The notes beneath the pieces are model-generated. The model saw only the letters and a program-made list of their open reading frames with translations, was not told where the DNA came from and did not search any database. Made by a program: the position numbers and the translations under genes. 32,000 nucleotides of DNA from Pyrodictium delaneyi (lineage in GTDB: Archaea > Thermoproteota > Thermoprotei_A > Sulfolobales > Pyrodictiaceae): the NCBI RefSeq assembly GCF_001412615.1, contig NZ_CP013011.1, positions 1,050,001 through 1,082,000 of the forward strand, read 5' to 3'. This document shows, piece by piece, positions 23,962 to 32,000 of the stretch (position 1 is its first letter; each line of letters begins with the position of its first letter).

Positions 23962-26925
23962 CTACTCTATAAGTATTGCTGGCCGTAGTGGTATCACTTG
24001 TCTAATCTTCTGCTGCGGCATCTTATTCTCGGCTTCGTCTACGTAGTATACCTCTATTTGCTCTATGCCCGTCTTACGCACTATGTAGTCTTTTAGCTGC
24101 ACTATTGCAGCTTTCTCGTCGAACTCCTGCACACCATCTATCAGCGATAGCAACGCCTCGTCGGCGCTGCGGAGGAACTCGTAGAGCTTACGTGTAATCT
24201 GTGCCGCGTCCTTCTTGGGAACACCTGCGTTTATTACTGCCCTTATCGCGTCACGGAGCTGACCACGCTTAGCGACATAGGATGAGACTATTCTAGCTAT
24301 GTGCCAGCTTTCTGGCTTTGCAACAGCTATTACTAGTCTCTTAGCTTCACCCTTGTATACACGCAATATAGATTTCACATCCTCAACTATCTTGTCCACG
24401 TAGCTGACAATTAGCTCCACTTCAGGGTCACGCTTCTCCGGGTCTACTGATGGCCACGTCTCTATGGAGACGAATGTGTCTTTGCCTAGGATCTCATGCC
24501 ATACCTCTTCGGCTATGTGAGGCGCTATTGGTGTCATCATCTTTGTCCAGCTTTCAATGTACTCCTTTAGGGCTGGGCCAGGCTTGCCGCCGCGTAGTTC
24601 TAGGTACTTGGCTACGTCGTTCTCCATTTCGTAGAGTATGTTTATAGTGGCAGCTCTTGTACGTAGCTCGTCAAGCGCCTTTGTAGTTGCCTCGATCCGC
24701 TGCTGTAGCATGCTTAGCAGCCACTTATCTGCTATAGTTTCCTCGCTGTCCATGCTTCTGGAGAGCCTAGCATAGTTCTCAAACTTGCGGAGCTGGCTCA
24801 TCACACTCTTTGCTAGGTCTTCCGAGAAGTTGGCATCCTGTAGTATCTCTGCAGCAGCTAGTAGTGTAGCCCGAACGGTGTCAGCACCGTATACTCTTAA
24901 GGCTCTGCGTAGCGGCACTATATTGCGTAGACTCTTGCTCATCTTCTTTCCTTCTAACAGCACGAAGCCGTTTACCACTATCTGTCTAGGCCACTTGTCC
25001 CTAGGGAATATGGCAGCATGGTTGAATATGAAGAATGTTAGATGATTTGGCACTAGGTCTCTACCACTGTGCCGTGAGTCTAGTGGATACCAGTAGTCGA
25101 AGTCACGCCGTAGCTCTTCTACTATCTCCCTCTTTATCCCAGTCTTTTTAGCTACTTCCTCGGCCGAGCCTTTTCCTAGCAGTACATAGTCCCAGAATTC
25201 TACTGTTAGCTGTTCCGGCTTAATTCCATACATCCTTATTTTATGAATAATAGTGTAGAACGCCATGTATATTGTAGAGTCGCTAAGGCTCTCTATTATC
25301 CAGCCCTTGGCCCATGGCAGCTCGGTGCCCAGTCCTCGGGTACGTGCTGCTGCACGCTCATGCAGCCAGTCAATGGTCTTAACGAATTCCTCTCGCATAT
25401 CCTCTGGCACGATCCTCATAGAGTTTAGGAGCTCGTATGCCAGCTTCTTCCACTCAGAGTTACCATAGTCTATGAACCACTGATCCTTGAGCACCTTAAC
25501 TACTATTTCTGTTCCACAGCGACAATATACTGGCCGGTTGAGTACCTCGTACATCTTGTCCCCATAACCTAGCGCAGCCAGCCATTTCGTCGCCGCCTCC
25601 CTGGCCTCTACAACACTCTTGCCAGCTATCCATGCCTTCACTGGAGCTACCGCGAAACTACGATACGGCTCTGGCATATCACTGTAGACATGTTCAATTA
25701 TATCCTCGCGTACTACACCATAGTGGTATTCATCGCTGTACAGCTTCTTTGTAGCCTCGTCTAGTAGATCGCGCTCTTTCTGACTCTTTATGCCCATTTT
25801 CTCTACTATTTCTTTAGCTGGTATCTCCCCATAGCCCTTTACCCTTATGAGCGGTATAGGCCGTAGCTCGTCTGGATCAACGCCTAACCTCTCAAGTACC
25901 TCGGGATGCTCTCTCTTCAGCTCTTCTAGGGCCACATAGTCGTATGGAGCATGTGCTGGCACGCTCATTACTATGCCACTAGCCGTGTCAGGATCTACGA
26001 ACTCTGCGGGAAGTATCGGCACAGCCTTACCAGTTGCAGGGTTTCTTGCACGTTTGCCTAATAGCTCTTCACCCTTTATGGCAGCCTCCTCTACTACATC
26101 GTCACGCTGGAAGCGTAGCTTGAATGCTGCTCGCTTGCTTACAATGTATCGTTTACCGTCTAGCTTTACTACCACATACTCAGCCTTCGGGTTTACCCAG
26201 ATATTGGTAACACCGAAGACGGTCTCAGGCCGCAGCGTCGCTGCTGGCAGGTATAGGTCCTTCTCGAGCTCGAATAGTATCAGTGTGAACTCGCCTATTT
26301 CAGGCTCTACATCACCCTTAGTATCATGCATGCCTACTGGCATGTTGTGAAAGGGGCACCAGCCAACTGGGTGCGTACCCTTCTTTATCAGTCCCTTCTC
26401 CTTGAGCTTCGTAAACTGCCATACTATGAATCTCTTGAACTCCTCGTCTATCGTTGTGAACTCTCTTCTCCAGTCTATGCTATAGCCTGACTCTATCATA
26501 GCCATCTTAGCGTCATTGTGGAAGTATCTTGCAAGCGATAGCGGTTCTTTTAGCTTCTCTATGTCCTCGGGTGGCACGTCATAGACTTCTATCATTAGCT
26601 CTATTAGCTCACGGTCACCCTTAGCTATTGACTCTGCCATAGTGAGTATTGGGGTGCCAGTATAGTGGAATCCCATAGGGAATAGCACATTGTAGCCGCG
26701 CATTCGTAGATAGCGTGCATAGACGTCTGTTATGGTATATGTTCTACTGTGCCCTAGGTGTAGCGGGCTATTAGGATACGGGAATGCAGCTGTTATGAAG
26801 AACTTGGGTTTACTCTCGTCGGGCTCTACCTCGAATATCCTAGACTTCATCCACCTCTCTTGCCACTTACGGGCTATCTCGTATAGCTTTGCGGCAAACT
26901 CGTTTATGGGCTCTTTTCTAGACAC
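23962..26925 (-). CDS. leuS: Leucyl-tRNA synthetase (archaeal type)
   Basis: Class I signatures are present: PYPNSPLHLGHSRTY (HIGH-type) and KMSKS. An editing-domain insertion is present. Length is 987 aa. Confidence 0.97.
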   Translation of the reverse strand: MSRKEPINEFAAKLYEIARKWQERWMKSRIFEVEPDESKPKFFITAAFPYPNSPLHLGHSRTYTITDVYARYLRMRGYNVLFPMGFHYTGTPILTMAESIAKGDRELIELMIEVYDVPPEDIEKLKEPLSLARYFHNDAKMAMIESGYSIDWRREFTTIDEEFKRFIVWQFTKLKEKGLIKKGTHPVGWCPFHNMPVGMHDTKGDVEPEIGEFTLILFELEKDLYLPAATLRPETVFGVTNIWVNPKAEYVVVKLDGKRYIVSKRAAFKLRFQRDDVVEEAAIKGEELLGKRARNPATGKAVPILPAEFVDPDTASGIVMSVPAHAPYDYVALEELKREHPEVLERLGVDPDELRPIPLIRVKGYGEIPAKEIVEKMGIKSQKERDLLDEATKKLYSDEYHYGVVREDIIEHVYSDMPEPYRSFAVAPVKAWIAGKSVVEAREAATKWLAALGYGDKMYEVLNRPVYCRCGTEIVVKVLKDQWFIDYGNSEWKKLAYELLNSMRIVPEDMREEFVKTIDWLHERAAARTRGLGTELPWAKGWIIESLSDSTIYMAFYTIIHKIRMYGIKPEQLTVEFWDYVLLGKGSAEEVAKKTGIKREIVEELRRDFDYWYPLDSRHSGRDLVPNHLTFFIFNHAAIFPRDKWPRQIVVNGFVLLEGKKMSKSLRNIVPLRRALRVYGADTVRATLLAAAEILQDANFSEDLAKSVMSQLRKFENYARLSRSMDSEETIADKWLLSMLQQRIEATTKALDELRTRAATINILYEMENDVAKYLELRGGKPGPALKEYIESWTKMMTPIAPHIAEEVWHEILGKDTFVSIETWPSVDPEKRDPEVELIVSYVDKIVEDVKSILRVYKGEAKRLVIAVAKPESWHIARIVSSYVAKRGQLRDAIRAVINAGVPKKDAAQITRKLYEFLRSADEALLSLIDGVQEFDEKAAIVQLKDYIVRKTGIEQIEVYYVDEAENKMPQQKIRQVIPLRPAILIE

Positions 26926-27113
26926 TATGTTCGAAGCAATAACTGACCACCCTCCCCCTCGAGGATTCTAACAGCCCCACTAAACCTAGCGAACAGCACT
27001 CGTAGGGGTCCCGTCCACGCTGCAGCGAGCCCATCTTGGGGAAATAAGTATTCAGCCAATACAGCTAGGCTACAAGCTAAAGGTGTAGAAGCAATTTAGG
27101 AGGCTAACTCCTG

Positions 27114-27758
27114 GTGCCGCCACGGAGGCCTAATGGGCGGGGAGGAAGAGACCTCTTGGAGTATGTACGAAAGACTATGAAGGAAATAGTCTTGTTCGTC
27201 GACAAGGTTATCGATAGGCTTAACCCAGAGCAGGTTAAACAGATGCTCGATACTCTCGAAAAGGCCTATCGTAGCGGTCACAAGGTACTAGTAATGGGAG
27301 CCGGTCGTAGCGGGCTCGTGGGTAGAGCCTTTGCAATGAGGCTTATGCATCTCGGCTTCAACGTATACGTACTAGGCGAAACGATAACTCCAAGTATAGG
27401 GAAGGACGACGTAGTAGTAGCGATATCAGGATCAGGTAGGACAAAGCTCATAGTTACAGCCACAGAAGCTGCCAAGAAGGTTAATGCCACTATAATAGCA
27501 GTGACTAGCTATCCCGACAGCCCCCTAGGCCAACTAGCTGACATTGTAGTTGAGATACCGGGAAGGACGAAAATGGCCCCAGATATAGACTACTTCGCAC
27601 GCCAGATATTAGGCATACATGAGCCACTAGCGCCTCTAGGAACACTCTTTGAGGATACAGCGCTGGTGTTCCTCGATGGAGTAGTAGTAGAGCTAATGCA
27701 TAGGCTTGGAAAGAGCGAGGCTGACTTGCGAGCCAAGCACGCCAACATAGAACTCTAA
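27114..27758 (+). CDS. SIS-domain sugar isomerase, 6-phospho-3-hexuloisomerase (PHI)-like
   Basis: Motifs seen: [24 protein letters not shown] and [11 protein letters not shown]. The probable true start is the ATG at 27177 (MKEIVLF). Confidence 0.8.
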   Translation: MPPRRPNGRGGRDLLEYVRKTMKEIVLFVDKVIDRLNPEQVKQMLDTLEKAYRSGHKVLVMGAGRSGLVGRAFAMRLMHLGFNVYVLGETITPSIGKDDVVVAISGSGRTKLIVTATEAAKKVNATIIAVTSYPDSPLGQLADIVVEIPGRTKMAPDIDYFARQILGIHEPLAPLGTLFEDTALVFLDGVVVELMHRLGKSEADLRAKHANIEL

Positions 27759-27843
27759 GTTTGGAGCAGCCTAGCAGCATTGTATTGTGCCCCGTAACCC
27801 TTTACACTTGTTGTTCCGTTTCTCGGTCTCCTAAGGGATTGCA

Positions 27844-28809
27844 ATGTCATCCAGAGATTCTGGGAAGAGGCCTCGGCCCAAGATACCTCAAGGGAGCATT
27901 ATAGGCGTCTTTGATCCCTGGAGAAGTAGCCTCTGCACGTGCCCGCTCAAGTACTCTCTTAATCCATATACTGGGTGTAGCCATTTCTGCCTCTACTGCT
28001 ACGCTACGTCATACATAGGACGGAGGAAGAGCACTCCTAAGAAAGACTATAGAAGAAGATTACTACGCGATATAAGTAGGATAGATCCACGTTACCATAT
28101 AGACATCTCTACTAGCAGCGATCCTTACCCCCCGGAGGAAGCAACATACAAGATAACCCGCTGGACTCTAGAACAGCTCATACCAAAGGGCTTCCGCATA
28201 CTCATAGTTACTAAAGGAGTCCTCGTTGCACGTGACGCAGACATACTATCTATGGGTAACGCCGCCGTAACAGTAACAATCACTACTATGGATCGAGAAA
28301 TAGCTGCTAAACTAGAGCCTGGCGCGCCTCCACCACAAGAGCGAATACGTGCACTCGAAAAACTATCGAAGGCAGGCGTCCCGGTAGGGATACGGCTAGA
28401 TCCCGTTTTCCCTCTACTTACAGACGAGGAGCACATGATTAAAGAAGTTCTAGAAGCTGTACGGAACGCTGGAGCGAGGTTTGTTGTCACTTCCGTGTAC
28501 AAAGCTAGGCCCGACAACCTACGCAGAGTCGTTTCAGCATTCCCCGAGCTCGAGAAAAATTACAACGAGATATACCGTAGACAGGGAGAGAGGATTAGCG
28601 GCTACTGGTACCCACCTAGACATCTTAGGAAGAAAATCCTGGATAGAGTTAGGACACTGGCACTAAGCTACGGCTTCGAGTTCGCTACATGCCGTGAAGG
28701 ATTCCCTGAAATGAACACTGCACCCACATGCGATGGTTCACACCTCATACCTCTAAGGATAAAGCCAGAGCACCGACAGAAAGAGCTAGACAACTGGCTG
28801 AGAGGATAA
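27844..28809 (+). CDS. Radical SAM protein, SplB/'DNA repair photolyase'-like (COG1533-type)
   Basis: GCSHFCLYCYAT contains CX3CX2C, and the TIM-barrel-length body has the conserved spacing of the COG1533 family. Confidence 0.75.
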   Translation: MSSRDSGKRPRPKIPQGSIIGVFDPWRSSLCTCPLKYSLNPYTGCSHFCLYCYATSYIGRRKSTPKKDYRRRLLRDISRIDPRYHIDISTSSDPYPPEEATYKITRWTLEQLIPKGFRILIVTKGVLVARDADILSMGNAAVTVTITTMDREIAAKLEPGAPPPQERIRALEKLSKAGVPVGIRLDPVFPLLTDEEHMIKEVLEAVRNAGARFVVTSVYKARPDNLRRVVSAFPELEKNYNEIYRRQGERISGYWYPPRHLRKKILDRVRTLALSYGFEFATCREGFPEMNTAPTCDGSHLIPLRIKPEHRQKELDNWLRG

Positions 28810-29148
28810 GAAGCCACGCAGACTCTCGCCGAGCCTTCTCAACTCGGCGAGTACAAGCCTGCGCGGAGGCCATCCGGACATATCATCCTTGAGCTGTCTC
28901 ACGCACTCCCTACAAACCCGCACAACTGGGTTTACTTGTATAGAGCAGACTTCGCACACAGGGCGGCCACAAATATTGCAGCTAGCTATTGCTAGCTTCT
29001 CGCCACAAAGACGGCAACGTGCCTCATTACACACTATACACTTGTCTCTAGCCCAATCACTGTGGCAGACTCTACGCCTACATACGGGACACTCGTAACT
29101 GGCTTGAGATGAACCACAAACTTCACATAGGGCTACACTAGTCCTCAT
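28786..29148 (-). CDS. Cysteine-rich multi-zinc-ribbon protein
   Basis: Eight CxxC pairs occur in about 80 aa (CEVC, CPVC, CIVC, CRLC, CNIC, CEVC, CREC, and others). The ATG overlaps the stop of the upstream gene by 4 nt. The 3' end overlaps the convergent radical SAM gene by 24 nt. Confidence 0.6.
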   Translation of the reverse strand: MRTSVALCEVCGSSQASYECPVCRRRVCHSDWARDKCIVCNEARCRLCGEKLAIASCNICGRPVCEVCSIQVNPVVRVCRECVRQLKDDMSGWPPRRLVLAELRRLGESLRGFLSSQPVV

Positions 29149-29606
29149 TCTTCTGCCTCACTCTCTTCAAGTTCTTCAATTACCTCCTCAGATTCTTCCT
29201 CCTCCTCGGGCTCTATTCTGCCACGCCTAACCTGTAGCGATGCTATAATCGACTCTGCGAGCTCCTTTATCCTCAGCAACTCGTTTTTGGTCCTCGCATA
29301 TATTACCGCCCTATACTTATCTGAGCCATCAGGCTCGATAGCTATCACTGCATTCCCTGCCGCCATGTACATTTTTGTAGCAAATCTGCTAACTTTAGTT
29401 GCAGGCACACTAACCTCTGTCCGGTATCTCATCCCATTTACTGGAAGCTTGTCCACACTCTCCGCAACCATACCGTAAGGTGCAGCACCTCGGGTCTTCT
29501 GACGGCCACGCTTACGCCGCTGCTGCTGTATTGTATAGACCTCTTTTAGCAATAGCCAGGTATCACCATGCCTTATCAGCACCTTCAAAACAGTCCCCCA
29601 GGACAT
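29145..29606 (-). CDS. Hypothetical protein with basic N-terminal patch and poly-acidic C-terminal tail
   Basis: The composition is coding-like. QQQRRKRGRQKTRG forms the basic patch, and PEEEEESEEVIEELEESEAEE forms the acidic tail. I recognise no family. Confidence 0.55.
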   Translation of the reverse strand: MSWGTVLKVLIRHGDTWLLLKEVYTIQQQRRKRGRQKTRGAAPYGMVAESVDKLPVNGMRYRTEVSVPATKVSRFATKMYMAAGNAVIAIEPDGSDKYRAVIYARTKNELLRIKELAESIIASLQVRRGRIEPEEEEESEEVIEELEESEAEE

Positions 29607-29662
29607 AGTTAGTAGAGATTATTGTTATATTAAGACTGACCTCAATCGACTGATTAGACGTG

Positions 29663-29977
29663 TTAATCACCGTAGAGTACTCCAAGCCTATCAGATATCA
29701 CACCCTTACGCACAAGGTTCTCATACGTTCGCCATATACGTTTCATAGTCACATGTCTTACATCGAATCCCCTCTCATGAAGGATTTCAAGGACATAGTC
29801 GGGGAACTCGTCGGGATGACCCGAGAAACTCCTAACAGCCTCCACGACAGCCTCTACCACATCACGAGCACTAGGATATGGCTTCATTTTTGCCCGCTGC
29901 CTAGGGTATATGGTCTTCTCCGCTTCTAGTACCTCCTCAAGCACGTCCTCTGGGACGTAGTCTAGTTCGTCACTCAA
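29663..29977 (-). CDS. Hypothetical protein
   Basis: The composition is coding-like, and the 5' end overlaps the NMD3 gene's stop by 4 nt. The opposite-strand ORF (29660..29929) is a shadow. Confidence 0.55.
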   Translation of the reverse strand: MSDELDYVPEDVLEEVLEAEKTIYPRQRAKMKPYPSARDVVEAVVEAVRSFSGHPDEFPDYVLEILHERGFDVRHVTMKRIWRTYENLVRKGVISDRLGVLYGD

Positions 29978-30720
29978 CGCCTCTTCTCCTCTAGATGCAC
30001 TGATACCACTAGCCGTCTCCTCAGCTTTCCGCGCGAGGTTACTCCTACATCCTCTCCAGTGCTCTGAACTCTCACATTATAGTGCTTCTTCAAATGCCTC
30101 ACTATCTTGGACGCGCTACCTCGGTCTAGAAGTAGAAAGTCCACGCCATTATCGTACTCTATAATATCAACTATCGAGTTTGCTATCTGGCTGCTCTTCT
30201 CAATAACCGGTGAAAGCAGCGTTGCCAGCCTTTGTGGTGTTTCGCCGCGCAACTGGAGTAGAACATTGTAGTCTCCTCCTCTAACGTCCTTACATGCCGG
30301 ACATATAGTGGGCTTCGCTCTAACGTCTATATCGTAGCTTACAGTCACTTCCGTGTCAACACCTCTAAGCCGTACTCTGAATATGGCTCGGTATATCGTC
30401 CTCCATGAGGGCACCGTGAGAGGTTCTACAGACTCTAGCCTATAGTACTCTACAATATCGCTGCATGGAGCTACTTTCTCCACTAGATACCATTTGAGGA
30501 ACTCTGTACCCGCAACCTCTAGGTCGCCACCCTCAGCCCACCGGTATCCAAGTCTTATAGATCCACACTGCTTACAGTACTCAAAGTTAATCTTCTCTGG
30601 GACGCACAGGACGCGGCGTGTCTCCAGGTAGCAGCCAAGGCAAAAGGCACCAACACTTTCGCCGCTTCTAAGAACTCGGCCACACCTTGCACATATACGC
30701 TCCATCTCAGCTGCTCCCAT
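29974..30720 (-). CDS. NMD3-family protein (archaeal homologue of the 60S export/biogenesis adaptor)
   Basis: The N-terminus has paired CxxC motifs (CARCG, CLGCY, CKQCG) and a later CPACK. The length and layout match archaeal NMD3 (COG1499). Confidence 0.8.
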   Translation of the reverse strand: MGAAEMERICARCGRVLRSGESVGAFCLGCYLETRRVLCVPEKINFEYCKQCGSIRLGYRWAEGGDLEVAGTEFLKWYLVEKVAPCSDIVEYYRLESVEPLTVPSWRTIYRAIFRVRLRGVDTEVTVSYDIDVRAKPTICPACKDVRGGDYNVLLQLRGETPQRLATLLSPVIEKSSQIANSIVDIIEYDNGVDFLLLDRGSASKIVRHLKKHYNVRVQSTGEDVGVTSRGKLRRRLVVSVHLEEKRR

Positions 30721-30946
30721 TGAATCCTCTAATAACTTGGTAGCGTCCTATACTTCTTACCAGGGCGCCATCCAGCTGGTTACGCGCTGTGATGAGATAG
30801 ACCCGGGTGGAGCCGAGCGGGCCGTGCTCTCGGCCCAGTGGCTGTGACGTATCCTAGTCCAGCTGAGGCCGCCGCAAGCGTGGTGTTACCAGCCCGGTAA
30901 CCCTATCCCCTCCTATAGGCTGCTTATCTAGCTCCGGGGATAGCCT

Positions 30947-31441
30947 GTGGTAGCCATAGATGCTGAACACTTCACGCCAGCTCCCCTCCCGGCCGCTGAG
31001 CCGATAGCCAGCCAAACCGATGATAAACACAGCTTAGTACGCGACATAGCTTTAGTAGCTTCAATAAGCTCTGCTCTCGACGAGCTAGGCATACAGTGTA
31101 GCGAGTGTAAGGAGCACTTCTACACACTACTCTCCGAGTGGGCTAAGCAAGTAGAGGCAGAGTACATCAGGGACGCAGCAGTCATAGCAGCAGACAAGAA
31201 GAGGGACGCCACAACGCTAGTCAACATATGGGGAGAGGAGGGTTTTGCACTAGTACTAAGCTACGTAGCTTCCGACTCCTGCAATATAGACCTACTTAGA
31301 GAGGTCGTAACGGAGATAACAGAGATTCTGGGTTTCAGCAGCGATGCTGCTAGAGAGTTTAACGCGCTGGCAGCAGAAGCCGACTGCAAGAGGCTTAGAA
31401 GCCTCATAGTTCTAGCTTTAATGATTCCACCGAGGGGCTAG
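30947..31441 (+). CDS. Hypothetical protein
   Basis: The ORF has a GTG start and coding-like composition, and the next ORF follows closely. I recognise no family. Confidence 0.45.
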   Translation: MVAIDAEHFTPAPLPAAEPIASQTDDKHSLVRDIALVASISSALDELGIQCSECKEHFYTLLSEWAKQVEAEYIRDAAVIAADKKRDATTLVNIWGEEGFALVLSYVASDSCNIDLLREVVTEITEILGFSSDAAREFNALAAEADCKRLRSLIVLALMIPPRG

Positions 31442-31445
31442 CCCA

Positions 31446-31763
31446 TTGGGTTATGCAAGGCTAGACCTGCTATACGTTGTCGGCAAGCTTTCGGAAGCAG
31501 CTATAAGGAAGGCTACAGGGCTAAGCTATAGCCTCAATGATATACCGAGAAGCCTCCAAGATGCTGGAGAGGAAATCGTCGAAAGAGTTGCAGAGCAGCT
31601 AGTAGTAGACGATAATGACACACTGCGCTGTAGGATTTGCGGCAGAGGACCCTTTACCCGTAAGGGGCTCTACCTCCACATAAGACGCGTCCATCTCGAC
31701 ACAGTCTATGATATAGTCAAGAGCGAATTAGAAGCCTACTTGTGGAGGCTTAGGAACACATAG
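31446..31763 (+). CDS. C2H2 zinc-finger protein
   Basis: CRICGRGPFTRKGLYLHIRRVH fits the classical C-x2-C-x12-H-x4-H pattern. The start is TTG. Confidence 0.55.
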   Translation: MGYARLDLLYVVGKLSEAAIRKATGLSYSLNDIPRSLQDAGEEIVERVAEQLVVDDNDTLRCRICGRGPFTRKGLYLHIRRVHLDTVYDIVKSELEAYLWRLRNT

Positions 31764-31851
31764 CGAGCATCATGAGGGTCTGAAGGGGTGGAGCACGCTC
31801 ATCGCCCAGCTAGTATGCATCTGACTATGGGCTCGCCACTGGAGTCTATCT

Positions 31852-32000
31852 TCACCCCCTCAAGTTACTCTTAGTGACTATGCGGAACCCTCTATCGGTC
31901 TCTATCACTACACCCCATACGCCTTTCGGGAGTTCTATTTTCCCTATTGACACGTAGAATGCTTCCCGTGGCCTAGCTCTTCTAAGTTTGTCGAGCGGCA
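31852..32000 (-). CDS. 3' end of an unidentified ORF entering from the right edge
   Basis: An open minus-strand frame from the window edge reads ...PLDKLRRARPREAFYVSIGKIELPKGVWGVVIETDRGFRIVTKSNLRG and ends at the stop codon at 31852-31854. It is too short to classify. Confidence 0.3.
   Translation of the reverse strand, partial: PLDKLRRARPREAFYVSIGKIELPKGVWGVVIETDRGFRIVTKSNLRG

Noticed and set aside
30789-30866. GUGAUGA ... CUGA on the plus strand as a box C/D sRNA
   Set aside because: The boxes are 67 nt apart, and the internal candidates (UGGA as D', UGUGACG as C') are poor. At 78 nt it is longer than typical archaeal C/D sRNAs. I report it only as part of a structured region.
1-32000. 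Search for tRNA, rRNA, CRISPR arrays, IS elements/transposases, integrases and toxin-antitoxin pairs
   Set aside because: I saw no T-loop (GGTTCRAATCC) or cloverleaf-compatible segment in the GC-rich islands. There are no regularly spaced direct repeats and no transposase or integrase-like ORFs. The lone RHH protein (5722..6057) has no adjacent toxin-sized partner. This was a by-eye scan, so intron-containing or atypical tRNAs could have been missed.

Overview
This is a densely packed archaeal chromosomal segment. By inference it comes from a hyperthermophilic crenarchaeon of the Desulfurococcales/Pyrodictiaceae type: archaeal-type LeuS and SerS, NMD3, a geranylgeranyl reductase, a tetraether-synthase-like radical SAM enzyme, frequent GTG/TTG starts, and TATA-like boxes about 25 nt upstream of start codons. 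I could not verify the organism.

About 37 protein genes can be supported. Most are housekeeping or metabolic:
- glyA, serS, leuS, an Hsp20, and a CinA-like protein
- a DUF59 Fe-S assembly protein and a SIS/6-phospho-3-hexuloisomerase-like protein
- two TatD-type hydrolases and a metallophosphoesterase
- a geranylgeranyl reductase
- a RavA-like MoxR AAA+ ATPase paired with a ViaA-like VWA protein
- four radical SAM enzymes, three of them in tandem

Small zinc-finger and hypothetical genes are interspersed, some in tight operons (NMD3 with three small proteins; a zinc-finger protein with a PfkB-like kinase).

I found no rRNA, tRNA, CRISPR array, transposase or integrase.

The least explained sequence is a set of ORF-free, GC-rich, highly self-complementary intergenic islands at about 222-832, 4199-4554, 12620-12740, 14290-14390, 21990-22176, 22873-23256 and 30721-30946.
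- Two of them carry box C/D sRNA-like box arrangements on the minus strand (4432-4494 and 23055-23116).
- One contains a 17-nt segment identical, as I remember it, to a universally conserved archaeal 16S rRNA stretch (22929-22945).
- One has a perfect 12-bp GC-rich stem enclosing a UGAUGA element (688-767).

All ncRNA calls rest on hand-found motifs and are low to moderate confidence. I see no clear evidence of a defence island or mobile element. Most of the window looks like ordinary core genome.
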